NCBI GenBank assembly: GCA_965637545.1
Contig: OZ281500.1
Coordinates: 5,022,001 to 5,086,000, forward strand
Source of the DNA: Phallusia mammillata
Lineage: Eukaryota
DNA: 64,000 nt
Direction of reading: 5' to 3'
The position numbers and the translations under genes are program-made. Each line of letters opens with the position of its first letter. Position 1 is the stretch's first letter. Positions 14,201 to 25,692 of the stretch are shown piece by piece. Under the pieces are notes generated by a model. That model worked only from the letters and a program-made list of their open reading frames with translations. It made no database searches and was not told where the DNA came from.

Positions 14201-17200
14201 AACAGAACAATTTTGTTTAACTGTTAAATTATGCTCATAGCAGCTCAACAAGAATATATCATTTGTTTCAACTAATCATTATAAGCTTATGAATCATATT
14301 TTTTATTGTATTTTTCACTGTTTGAGAATAACAATTTTGGAAGCGCATTGTTTATTAAGTCAATAGATTACAAAACTTTACAAACATTTGCAATGGAATT
14401 CATTTTTGTTACGAACATAATTGCCATAAAAACCCATAAACGGTAGACATTCGACGTTATGACCAAAATGTGATTATCTTTAATAAAGTAACATTAAAAG
14501 CACAACTTTTGAACAAAAATGCCTACGTTTTTTGCTACAATGACAGTAAGGTGCTTAGTAAAGCTACTTTTTTGTCTTGTGCGCCAGTGAAACACACTTG
14601 AAAAGGAAATTAAACGTGTACAGGGCAAGCCACAGAGTCCGGATAAACGCTGTAGTGTTTATTGCAGCTGTTTAAAGATGCGCCGCGATTAACATCCGTC
14701 AGAAGTTAGAAGGCCCAAACAAATAGGTACGGTTTTACCATAACCGGTATCTGCTATCTGTTTACGTTTAAACTGTTTCTTGTGTGTTCGCCGATGTTGG
14801 GAGAAAAAATCGATAAACGCTTAGCGGGGCGCAAAAAGTTTTCATTGGTTGTATGAGATTTTGTCAATCGCTAAAAATGTAATATTTATTTTATAGTCAT
14901 CAGGGCAAAAAATCAACTGATTTAGTTTAACTAATGTGTACCACATTTTTGTCGTCCAAAAGGGTAATGCACGAAGTAACCAAGTGATATATTAGCACTG
15001 TTGCTGTGTTGTGAATTTTTGTACCTTTTGATACACTAGTTACAGTCCATAAGCTGTGCTTAGTGATTAAAGAAGCGAGTGTGGATAGTGACATTTGGCG
15101 TGTATAGGTCCAAAATAAAACACATTTTTTTCCAATGCGTAAACATATTTTACAGCATTTGGCCTTTTATTGACTTTGAAACTGCAAAATATTGTTTGGA
15201 CAATTGAATTTTAGTGTGGGCAAAGCAGAAATATTTTTATTTTATTTTACAACTCTTACTTAAACAGGTTTCTTCTGTCTTTGTGTATCAAACCGCCTGT
15301 ACTTCATCTTTTTAGGAAATTGGACAATTGATTGCTAAACTCGCTGTGCTTATCCTATTTCTAAAAACCGGTAAAGATTGCGGTTTGAACACCGACCAAC
15401 AAAAGTAGTGTGATGCTCTTAATCGGCGATCCAGGCTTAAGGCAGGTCACAGGTTAAGTTAAATGCACCTGTGTTATCTCTATGTTATAGCGGCGTTCGC
15501 AGAGGCGAATTAACATAACTCTCTCCAGGACCGATTGACATTTGTGTGTTAGGAACTATGTAACTGAAAACGTAATCTCGTAAATATCAGTAAGTATAAG
15601 TTAGTAATTGTATTTTATGAGTTAAAGACAGTGCTGGATTAACCATTAGGCAAATTAGGCACGTGCCTACAGGCTAGTCAAAAATCCAGGCAATGCACCA
15701 TACACAATGATTTGGCAACACTGATAATTCTAATTTTTTAGTTGGCAACCCTGATTTTCGGGCCACTTACAAAATGTGCCTACAGGCCAGCAGACCCTTA
15801 ATCCGGAACTGGTTACAGAACGTTTTTTCTTCTTCCTTTCATAATTTTAAGGTCATATAAGTAGATAATTATGATAGATGTATAACTGTGATAATTGCTA
15901 TAGTAGAGACAATTATATAGCCATTTATACCACTACCTTATCTCGCTTAAAACGAAGTAGGAGAGGCGAATTTTCACTTTTTCGCTAGGAATGCCCTAAG
16001 CAGTCGGTTGCATAGGAATACCTAAACAGAATCTAATACAAATTCGTCGTTTGGGTATTGATACATGAAACTTGCCAACACCTGTAAAAAATACTTGGTA
16101 AAACGTATCACTATTTTTGATGCAGACGAGTGATAGCACTCGATATGCGAGAAGAAAAGAAACCAACTGGGAAATGGAAGGTGGATAGTGAAATCGAGAG
16201 GTTAGCGTGGAATCCTGATGACACTTCATACTTTGCAGTAAGTTAATAATAACATCATACAAGAGTCTGCACAAAACATTTTGGACACCCTTACATTTTA
16301 GGGTGTATATTGCATGAACCATAAAGCATGCGCATGGATGTGGTACGACATACTAATTCGACGATTTCGCAGAGCTTTTATGTTCAGTTTTTGTCATTTT
16401 TTTCTGTGGTAATATTCGCTTATTTCAACCAAATAGATAATAAAAGTTTGGATGGACTAACAAACGTTTTCGACCGTTTCATAACCATTAGCAGACGTTA
16501 TGAAATTCTACAATAATAAAAACAGTGTGGTGTTAGTCATGAGGTAGTCACGGGCTCACGAAAATGTTTCACGGACGTGAGGTTGAAAAACATCAGACTA
16601 AACTGGGTTTGTTTTTAGGCCAGTACAGACTCCGGGTCCATATACTACTGTGATTTACGGAAGCCACGAGCGCCGCTTTACATTTGGCAAGCTCACGAAA
16701 AAGCGATCCCGTCGTTGACCATTTCGTCCGGACTACTCTATAGCGCTTCAAGTGACGGACTACTGAAAACTTGGAGGTTGCAAGAGGAAAGTGCCGTCGA
16801 AGTTATGGAAAAAGATTTAAAAATGGTAATAACAACCAGCTAAACAAATACGGTTCAAGGCCCTGTTCAGCTTTAAATCTACGGGTAACATTTTACACAC
16901 ATTGGCACTGTAAACAAAGTGCCTGCACTGCCTTAAATGTTTATTTATTCATTTACCGACCGAAAGCCACGTGTGGTATTGCCGATCAGGCATTTGGCCA
17001 CCGAAAAGTGTCTGCTAATTTGGAAGGCTACTGGAAAACATAACTTTTTACTTGGATGGGCAAAAGTAGCACTAAATAAATAAATTCTAACGTTTGGACA
17101 AAGTACCTAATGTCTTTATTGCCTGGTTTTGTATAACCAACAATGTACACAGGGGATGGTGCATTGTTTCCATACAAATCCTGATGTCACTGGAATGCTT

Positions 17201-17557
17201 GCTATTGGTGGAGAAAAGGGCGGGGTCCGCTTGTGGAACGCCTCCTCGTACGAAGAAAGTTAGTTGCACTTGTTTTGGGTTTAGTTCGCATAATCACTAT
17301 GTTTATCAATTAAATGTTTTTTAGTTTCAAAATATCTTGGAGACGATGACGTCACAGAGGAAAGTGGTTGTGACGTAACGATTAAAAAGGAAGTGAATGG
17401 AATTGAAGCAAGTACCGTTAAGAAAAATAAAACAAACTCTGAGACTTTTTCAAAGTCAAGAGGTCCAAAACTTGCTCAGCCGAAGTCAAAAAAGTTGAAA
17501 AAGCGACATCTGAATTCAAAACGAAAGCAGATGCGCGCTCTTTTATACAACTCTTGA
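8240..17557 (+). CDS. PWP1: Periodic tryptophan protein 1 homolog (WD40), 3' five exons
   Basis: Exons 8240-8301 (VQSIEWRPNDTTCLLSGACDG), 16126-16237 (RVIALDMR...EIERLAWNPDDTSYFA), 16619-16825 (ASTDSGSIYYCDLR...AHEKAI...SASSDGLLKTW...KDLKM), 17153-17258 (GMVHCFHTNPD...GGEKGGVRLWN), 17325-17557 (stop). All GT-AG and phase-compatible; they match the order of human PWP1 C-terminal WD repeats. 5' exons not found in the window. Confidence 0.85.
15629..15811. mobile_element. hAT-like MITE (CAGTGCTGGATTAA TIR family)
   Basis: TIRs CAGTGCTGGATTAA / TTAATCCGGAACTG; flanking 8-mers GTTAAAGA / GTTACAGA (7/8 TSD). Confidence 0.8.
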
Positions 17558-18347
17558 TGTTTTTGTGAGCTATTTGTTGAGTTTACAAGTCGGGTTGAGT
17601 GTTCCGAAAGTGCTTTGGGCGTTCATCCGTCTGTGCAGCCACATTACTGATGGACCAAATACAACATTATTAGACCGCGATCCCTCCTTTATAAAACTTT
17701 ACAGTGCGTGAAAGCAAACAAGCTACCCGCAAAATGATTTTAACCGAATTGTCAGGCCGCAATAAATAGCAACACATTTGGCTCTTAGAAACTGAAGGTA
17801 ATTTAAATCTCTCGCCAGCACTCCATTAAAATAGTATAGCAAGCCACACTTCATATAAAATTTAAACGTATCCGGGGGCAGAATAAGCCTTAATTAATGG
17901 CCCGCGGGACGCACGCCTCTGGTAGAAATCAAAAGTTTTCTATGCGTGGTTCGCTAAATTTCGAGATTGAGGATGAATTCGTTCACGTTTTGTGTGATAA
18001 AGACCAGCACACCTAATCATAAAGACCAGCACACCTAATGATAATTCTGAGATCTTGACCTGATCGTTCGTTTCCATCACTTATTATTTTTTATCCACAT
18101 GAACTATGTTCTATTAAACTGTATTAATCTAACATTTTGGTGTTAAAGTTTTTGTACCCAGACTATACTTGAATTTAGCCTAATCTGACTGCCATGGTTA
18201 ATTACATCTGTAGTTGCATTTTGAGTCTTTAAATTAATGCTGATTTCTGTGCTAGAACCAGGACCATACTTCAGATAGGTTTAATGTTATGTACCACACA
18301 TTACATTTAATAAAAACAAAAGTTTATTTACACCACAAAAGTAAAAG

Positions 18348-20739
18348 CTATTTCAACCGCACTCGATCTTTGGCAACAATAAACTTTGGGTTTTTGTTGA
18401 CTTTCTTTAGGAACAGCACTTTCAAATCATTTTCAGATTTTATGCGTTGGTCTGCCTCATATGTTGAGTATTCAGCAAGCACCTACCAAATGTTTTGGTT
18501 AAAAAATGATTCGGTTCACAGACAATACATTTCAACGAATTTCAAACCTTTTTCCGCAGCTTTTTGATTGACATTTCCTTGTCAGGTGAGTTCTTTAGGC
18601 ACAAGCGGATTGTTTTGTTCCAAGGAAATTTCTTTGCATTTTCAGTTTGAACAGTCAAGTTTTCGTCTGAGAAAATTAACAGTCTGTTTAGTATGGTTAG
18701 TGATGTCAGGGGTTGCATAAGATATACATAGTTTTAAATCTAAATCATCTACACCAGTGGTTCTTAACCTTTTTTCCTTGCTGCACCCCTTTCAAATCAC
18801 TAACCAATTTTCGCACCCCCTTTCAAATCACTAACCAATTTTAGCTCCCCCTTCTGTAATTGCTTAAATAGAATAGACCTAACCAACCTTAATGATTCAG
18901 CATCCCCGCACCCCCTAGGAACAGTTCTCGCACCCCTTGGGGGTGCGTGCACCCCAGGTTAAGAACCCCTGATCTACACACAGAGAAAAATATTTGTCTT
19001 TTTTGCCGTTGCAGCTACATTTGTATCTGCTAGTGCAATCAACTTTGCAGTGACACACTTTTATAGTTTGTCATGCAAAACAATCCTCAGTGATTTTTGT
19101 AGGGCAAATACTTGTGCAGCCCTGTAAATTATTAACGTTGCCATGGGTTCAAATTCTGATACATGCTACAATTGCCTAAACTTTAAGTGATACATGTAAG
19201 TTTAGGCTTTCTCCAAAGGCATCAAGTAAAACTTTCGACTAGGTAATTATCATTATCTCTTTCATCTGAGTTAGTTACCCTGATCTTCTGTTTCAACATA
19301 AGATTTTTTAGCTGCAGTTTCTTCCCCATTTTCTTCATGCTTTCTCTTTTTGCTTTTCTTTTTCTGTAAAGGTTCTTCTTCAATAGATTTGACATTTTCT
19401 ACAAAACAAAAAGTTTCAATAGACTTGTTGGGTTGTGGCACATTTGCATAGTTGGATTTTTTTGCAAATCCTGTTATTCGCATAATCAGCCTTTTACATA
19501 TTTTTAATAGGGAACATAGAACATTAGCCTATAACTCGTATAAAAAGTCATCCACTTAGGTGCACAACCCAGTTAATAACACAAAATACTTGGCAAATCA
19601 TCTATGCAATAAACTGAAGTCAACTGTAATATAAGTTTTACATCATAATCACACCATATTTAATTTACCTTTGGTTTCAAGTACTGCCGGTTTGTTTGCT
19701 GATGAAAAAATCTCCCAGACATCTTCTGTCAGCTTTGAATCTCTGATTTTTAAACTATTTTTCAAGAAGTTCTGTAACAGTCACAATTAATTGGATTATT
19801 TGTTAAGATATAACTGGGATCCGCCCTGAAGCATCTCGGAAGACAAGCAATACCGTCATATATAGGTGGCGGGCTGATTTGGTATGGCGCCATTAATGGG
19901 CTTGGCGTACTGTGATTAATTAGAATATGTTTTATTTGATGCCACCAACATCAACATTGGCTATCATGACTTGATTAAAATCTTTTGATAAACTGAAGTT
20001 AATTCTTTATTTATTATCCTAGCACGAAATTTGTACAGTTATTGAAATGTTTGAAATACTTACCAAGAACTTTCCTCTCTTTCTTGGAATGTTACTGTAT
20101 TCTTGCAGTTTTTCAAGAAGTTCCTTAACCTTCGGATTGCTTGAACCACATGAAACTGATGCTTGTTCAATCTTCAAAAAATACGTAAGATATTAACCTC
20201 CAAAACCTTATTTGTCCAAGCTCTGTTTTAAATCATGACTTTTTAATTTGCAGATTTATATCAAAAGGTAGATTTAAGCTTCAAATAAGAACCATAAGCT
20301 GTTGCTGCCAGGCATATTGATGTCTTTTAATAACCTTTCAAGAATTGAAAAGGCCATATGACTTCGAAAACAAAGTGGTTCCTAACCCTTTTTATCCAGT
20401 CTTTCTGTTTCTCTTCTCCTTTGTTGGGTTTTGCTTTGAATCCAGAAGCAGAATACTTTTCAACTTCTGATATGCAACTTGTATGGGATTTGTAATCATC
20501 ACCCCTGTGGAAATAAAAAGTAAAAAAAGGTTTATGCTTTACCATAAACACAGTTTAAGAGTGAAACTGTAACAGACTAATTACGGAAAAAAAGAAAATA
20601 TTTTATGGAATACTTACCAAAAGTCTTTTGAACAATCAATGCATGTCAAATATTCACAATTTCTGCATCCACTTGCGTGCTTGTCGACTTTGTTTTTCTT
20701 TAAAGATTCCCCGCAGCCATTACAAGTAAAGAACACCAT
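18348..20739 (-). CDS. LYAR: Cell growth-regulating nucleolar protein LYAR (~274 aa, 7 exons)
   Basis: Exons 20739-20618, 20504-20387, 20171-20064, 19771-19669, 19398-19279, 18666-18548, 18482-18348. N-terminal MVFFTCNGCGESLKKNKVDKH...CIDCSKDFWGDDYKSHTSCISE zinc finger; C-terminal KFPWNKTIRLCLKNSPDKEMSIKKLRKKVLAEY...NKNPKF. Confidence 0.95.
18755..18971. mobile_element. hAT (Charlie-like) MITE in LYAR intron
   Basis: TIRs CAGTGGTTCTTAACC / GGTTAAGAACCCCTG; perfect 8-bp TSD ATCTACAC. Confidence 0.92.
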
Positions 20740-21119
20740 GTTTTTTATTTGAATATTGTTAATGCAAATACAAACGCTTGCCAATTTAACTCGAACACGT
20801 GGGTTATCACCATTAGGGGATTTTTTTACAAACACGTTTTTACTGTTCGATTTTTTGTTTTATGATGGTTATTTTTCTGTTTCAACAAAAAGAAAATGAA
20901 TTATTTATAAACATGCCAAACGTAAGTAATATAATAACAGGTAGTTTGAACAGTAAAACAAAACTTTCAGAAACACTTTCGAAATGTGGCTGTGTTGTTG
21001 AGGATTGGTAACTACCACCATCCAATGAGAACAATGTTTATGCGCGGCCCTTGGTTGTTTGTTGATTGATTGTTAATTGTCGTTGCGTGCGCACTTTACA
21101 TTATCTTTGTTTGTTAAAT

Positions 21120-22375
21120 ATGGTCACCACCTCCACGGTACCGATACATTGGAATTCAGAAACTGAAGTATGTTTGTTTTATGCAATGCGTGGCCAAAAA
21201 CCAGTAGGTAAGTTTCTCAACAAAAATGCACACATGCACACGACGCGGATTGTAGATTAGAAAATTGTTAGGCAAGACAGTAATAAACAAAACTAAAACC
21301 AAGTGTCTGTAAATCTTTATTAAAATACGATGTTTATATTGTTACTTGGTCTCATTAAGGCATCAACAAACACTTTCACATGATGTGTATTCATCGCAAA
21401 TTTTGTGAATCTATTGGACAATCTGTCTCAAGTGAACAACTTTGGGAACATCTTGGAACAATGTACAACCTAAAAGCCCTGGTAAACTATTCATTTCTTT
21501 TGTTACAGTGATTTTACAAACAATTGCTTAGTTTTCACACCTTGTTGTTGTTAGTAATGGGACGAGTATACTTGGTACTCTATATCTAATGATTTCAGTG
21601 GCATCGATATTCGTACTCGGTATTGGTACTCACTTGAAAATCTGGTATCGTCCCATCACTACTAGTTGTTGTTTTTTGACATGACTTGTAACTATTTATG
21701 TGGCCCTCACTAGCTTTATGAAGTAAGCCAATGTTGTATACTTGTTACTTTCAAATTGAAGGAAGTTGTTATTTGCACTGTATCGTTGGCAATTTTGACA
21801 TCGGATTATAAAATAAAATTTACGTTAAACTTTTGCCTTCACACAAACCCACGGACCCTTGAGGTTGAGGGGAGCGGAAAACAAAGTTTGGAATTAACTG
21901 CAATAAGTGAATTTTATATCAAACTGGATGTATCAGTTTATTAACAGGCCCACAGCATGATTATATATGTAAATTGCGGTCCATTGGGATAAAAAGATAT
22001 ATCCCCTTGTCTAAGCCATACAAGCAGTAACTGCAAATTTGTGAACCATACTTTTGCAGGATGAATCAGAGGCTACTCCTTTTAAAAACACAAGATCAGA
22101 ATTTAGATTGCCTCCCGAAATATTGAATTGCAAGAAAGCACAATCCAAATCCACAGTAGATGAAAATGTTGAAGAAGATGAGGGTATGTTTTTCTTTCCT
22201 AGGGCAACTGTTTTCACAAAGCAATTGTTATTTTTTTTATATTTACTAACAATTTTCAGGTCCCCCAGTAAAGGTTCCTACAAAATCAAATCGCAAAAGA
22301 TCGAGACAATCTGCCCCATCAACACCAAACCCATCCAGTCCTGCTGTGCCAACTGTGAAGCGACGAAGGCAATGA
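21120..22375 (+). CDS. MRGBP: MRG/MORF4L-binding protein (NuA4/TIP60 subunit, ~149 aa, 4 exons)
   Basis: Exons 21120-21207, 21360-21481, 22060-22183, 22260-22375. [30 protein letters not shown]...LWEHLGTMYNLKALDESE and C-terminal NPSSP...KRRR match the MRGBP/Eaf7 family. Confidence 0.93.
21552..21661. mobile_element. Short TA-flanked MITE in MRGBP intron 2
   Basis: Ends TAGTAATGGGACGA / TCGTCCCATCACTA (inverted, TA termini). Confidence 0.7.
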
Positions 22376-22814
22376 GCTTCTGATAGGGAATTTGTGAATG
22401 ACTACATTTATGTGATATGTGCTGTCATGTAAATATGGCTGGGCTATCGGATTTGAGTTTTGCACATTGGCTGCATAAAACTAAAACTGACAGTAGTTAC
22501 CATTGCAGGAGCAGGCAGGACTGTTACACACATTGATCCTTCATTTGACTGTGCAACACAATTAAAAACTACAAATAGAATACATAAATTTTCACATACT
22601 GTGTGTGGACTTCGCCTATCATTTTATTTGTTTTATTGCCATAAACATTGGCAAGTAAAATACCTATGAGAAGTTTTTGCCTTTTCAACAACAAACGTCG
22701 GATATTTGCTGTTCTGTTGCACAAGGAAATATAAATCAATACATAACTTTATAAGTGTAATGTATTTATTTCAACATAAACAGGAACTGCAGACTTCATT
22801 GCAGTGTTTTAAAT

Positions 22815-24208
22815 TTAACCGGAACCAGTTATCTGCTGTCTTTGTTGCATTAGGGGTGCAAAAAGTTTTTCCAAGAACTCATCATCAACAACTACACCCA
22901 TCATAATTGCCCTGGAATTGGGCTCAACCCCATAAATTCGTTTCAGCACTAATTTGGCAGCATCTGTTTCAGCTAGCTCTATACTCTCACCAGCGCCTTC
23001 AGTCAAAAACTCTTTTCCAGAATACAAAGCAATGAAAAATACAGGCAATGTTGAGCTTATGCCAGATTGGCGAACAAGCCTAGCTTCAGGTCCTGGTTTG
23101 CCTTGATTCTGCAACTCTTGGGTCAAAATCTTCATTGGGTTCTGTGGTTTCCATATGTCATGCAAAATGTCCTTTCCTATCAGTTGTGGTATAATGAAGT
23201 CCAATATAAACTTTCCAGCAGCAACTGGCCCACCGCTACCCTTGGCAATTGCTTCAATGCTTGCTTGAAATGATTCAGCAAATACTTCACTTGAAGGAGG
23301 AAAGGGACTACATTGTATAAAGTCTTTGTAACCCAAGTTGAAAGCAATGTGGGTCAACTGTTTGGTACTGCACAGATAGTCTAGGATCGCGGATTTTCCC
23401 TCATCACACAGTTTGGGGAAGGATAAGTTAATGTAGTGCTTTACAAATTCATGGATTAAGATATTGCCTTTTGTACACAGACTACTGTAATCAACAACAT
23501 CATCTCTTTCAGGAAGTGGCTGAGTGAATGCTGCTCGAAGATCATCATCAGCAACATCTATTTGAAGGCGCAACCTGGGAAAAATAATAATGTTACAGTG
23601 TCAGGAACTAAATCCTTGAGTGCAGTAGATTTAACAATTTGTTTTAATAATAGTTTCATACTGTGTCTCTCTCACAAACAAGCCTCTCCTATTGCAGAAG
23701 AATTGAAAATAAACTTAATGATAGACTGGCCTCTAACATGCAATCTACTCATGTAAAACATTTAAAAATGTTGATGGTCAGGGTGAGGGTTTGTAATAAC
23801 ATTTTGGGCCAATATTCTTGGGTCTGTGAATAGCCCTAACCAGCAGCATTTTAATAATTTTTTTAGCAGTTAGAATGGATTGCAGGTACCTCTTTTTATG
23901 CAACATGCTGCAGCTTTTCGTCACAAAATTTGAACTTACTTAAATGCAGCAAACTCTGCTTCGTAATTCCAATTTTCTCTCGTAGATCTTGGTTGTTCTG
24001 GTTCCTCTCCTTCTATGTTTTTTTTACGAGCCATGGACAAATACCAATGTTTTTTCCATCTTGCAAACATGATTGAATTTTTGTTAACTGGTTCAAGTTG
24101 AGGATTGCCTGGTTTGGATGTGTATTTTCGTGTACCTTGGGTAGGAGAAGCAAGCATTTGCTTACACAATGGAAATTGCAGCCTTATTATTCGCCGCATG
24201 TTTAACAT
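22815..24208 (-). CDS. MRPL44: Mitochondrial ribosomal protein mL44 (~342 aa, 2 exons)
   Basis: Exon 1 24208-23940 (basic presequence, NWNYEAEFAAF, donor AA|GTAAGT); exon 2 23574-22815 (RNase III-like and dsRBD-like: NPMKILTQEL...PEARLVRQSG...LPVFFIALYSGKEFLTEGAGESIELAETDAAK). Confidence 0.95.
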
Positions 24209-24215
24209 TTTTTGT

Positions 24216-24539
24216 TCACTTTGCGCTGTCTTTCACTTTGTCCAGTTCTTTTTTGAAGCCTGAACAACAAACTTGATTCAGGTATTTGTACTTTTCACAG
24301 CACTTAATTAGATCCGCTATTTCGTTTTGACATTGACTTTCTTGGTACTTGTTTCCTAAAAATAAAAATAAAATTTTTAGACACTTACAATTTACGCATT
24401 TAGCCATTTACTAATTCACATAACAGTTGTTTGCTGCAACTTAATGTGTTATTTTTCAAAGTTTATTTAAATATTACTTACTTTGAAGACAATCTTGGAT
24501 TCTACAGGCGAATGGCAAGCACGGCTCAGTTTTCGGCAT
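24216..24539 (-). CDS. CMC4: Twin Cx9C motif protein CMC4/p8MTCP1 (65 aa, 2 exons)
   Basis: Exon 1 24539-24482 (MPKTEPCLPFACRIQDCLQ, donor A|GTAAG); exon 2 24355-24216 (RNKYQESQCQNEIADLIKCCEKY...VCCSGFKKE...*). Cys spacing and sequence match human CMC4 (MPQKDPCQKQACEIQKCLQANSYMESKCQ...CC...CSGF). Confidence 0.92.
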
Positions 24540-24869
24540 CGCCCAACATTTTTTTCTTGCAAAATCAAAACATGCCTGATGAATTTACGCATCGCTGCAC
24601 ATGTTAGGAATTCGAATACGAGCTGCGTTAATTTTCGGAAAAAATATTATCTAAAACTTAACATTTATTTTGTTATTTGTTACCAAACGCTTGTGCCATA
24701 TAGCTTTCAATTTTTTTCTTTGTGTCTAGATACATTTTTAAGTGATCAAATTGGTACAAAAATATGTCTTAAAAATAAGTTGTCACGTTGCCACAGTAAC
24801 GACGTCGAGAGCAGAAATCGAAAGAACCGGTAGATAGAGTTTGCCGCCGTTTGTAACATTGTTTTTTCT

Positions 24870-24878
24870 CGCCATTTT
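24870..24878 (-). promoter_or_regulatory. YY1-like motif (AAAATGGCG) upstream of CMC4
   Basis: CGCCATTTT in the divergent intergenic region ~330 bp upstream of the CMC4 ATG; short motif, no functional data. Confidence 0.3.
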
Positions 24879-25055
24879 AAGCCGCATTCATGTTTTAAAG
24901 ACCTTTGATAATTTTAGCCTAATTGCTTGTGTGGTTTAGTAGCTGTTCTCCAAAGTGTCAACTTTTCAACATAATGAAATATGACCACTGTGTACAAATG
25001 TCAGAAAATGAGATAAATTTAGTTCACCAGTTATTGAATTTCTGGAAAATTGAAG

Positions 25056-25453
25056 CGGTCACGTCTACAACTGCGGGCCCACTTGGATCACTTGGCTCGC
25101 TTGGCCCAGCACTTGGCTCGCTTCATGCAATTAAAAAACTGCGGGCCCGCTTGGCACGCTTCTCGCAAGTATAAAAACTGCGGACCCACTATATCTAGTG
25201 CTTGGCCCACCTCTCGCAGGGAAAAAACGCGGGCCCACTATATCTAGTGCTTGTCGCGTCTCTCGCAAGGAAAAACTCCGGGCCCACTATATCCAGTGCT
25301 TGTCGCATCTCTCGCAGGGAAAAACCGCGGGCCTATTATATCCAGTGCTTGTCACGTCTCTCGCAAGTATAAAAACTGTGGGCCTGCAGTTTTTTCTATT
25401 GCATGGGGCGGGGCAAGTGCTGGGCCTAGCGGCCGCAGTTTTAGACGTGACTG
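25056..25453. mobile_element. TIR element carrying an internal ~49-bp tandem array
   Basis: Ends C(G/A)GTCACGTCTA(C/A)AACTGCGG inverted; four near-complete units (GCGGGCCCACTATATCYAGTGCTTGTCGCRTCTCTCGCARG..AAAA) plus degenerate copies; no TSD found. Confidence 0.75.
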
Positions 25454-25692
25454 TCTAAGAAGTGCTCAGAATAGGCAATAACACAACTATGCTCCACTGT
25501 TGTGTTATGTTTACTGTTACAATTGCCTGACAGTGCCACTTGTCACACTTTTTTGGTGGTCTGTTTTGCGATTTAAATATAAGTTTCAAAGCTGTTCCTT
25601 TATGGGTAAATGTACAACTTTGCTGCTTAGGAAATCTTGCCCTTAATTTTAATTTCTACTGATATGATATTTGTTCCTGTGTGTTCATCAAA

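Noticed and set aside
25050-25481. Overlapping short ORFs and a CRISPR-like look of the ~49-bp array
   Set aside because: The ORFs are translations of the tandem repeat; units are contiguous with no unique spacers, no cas genes are present and the DNA is eukaryotic.
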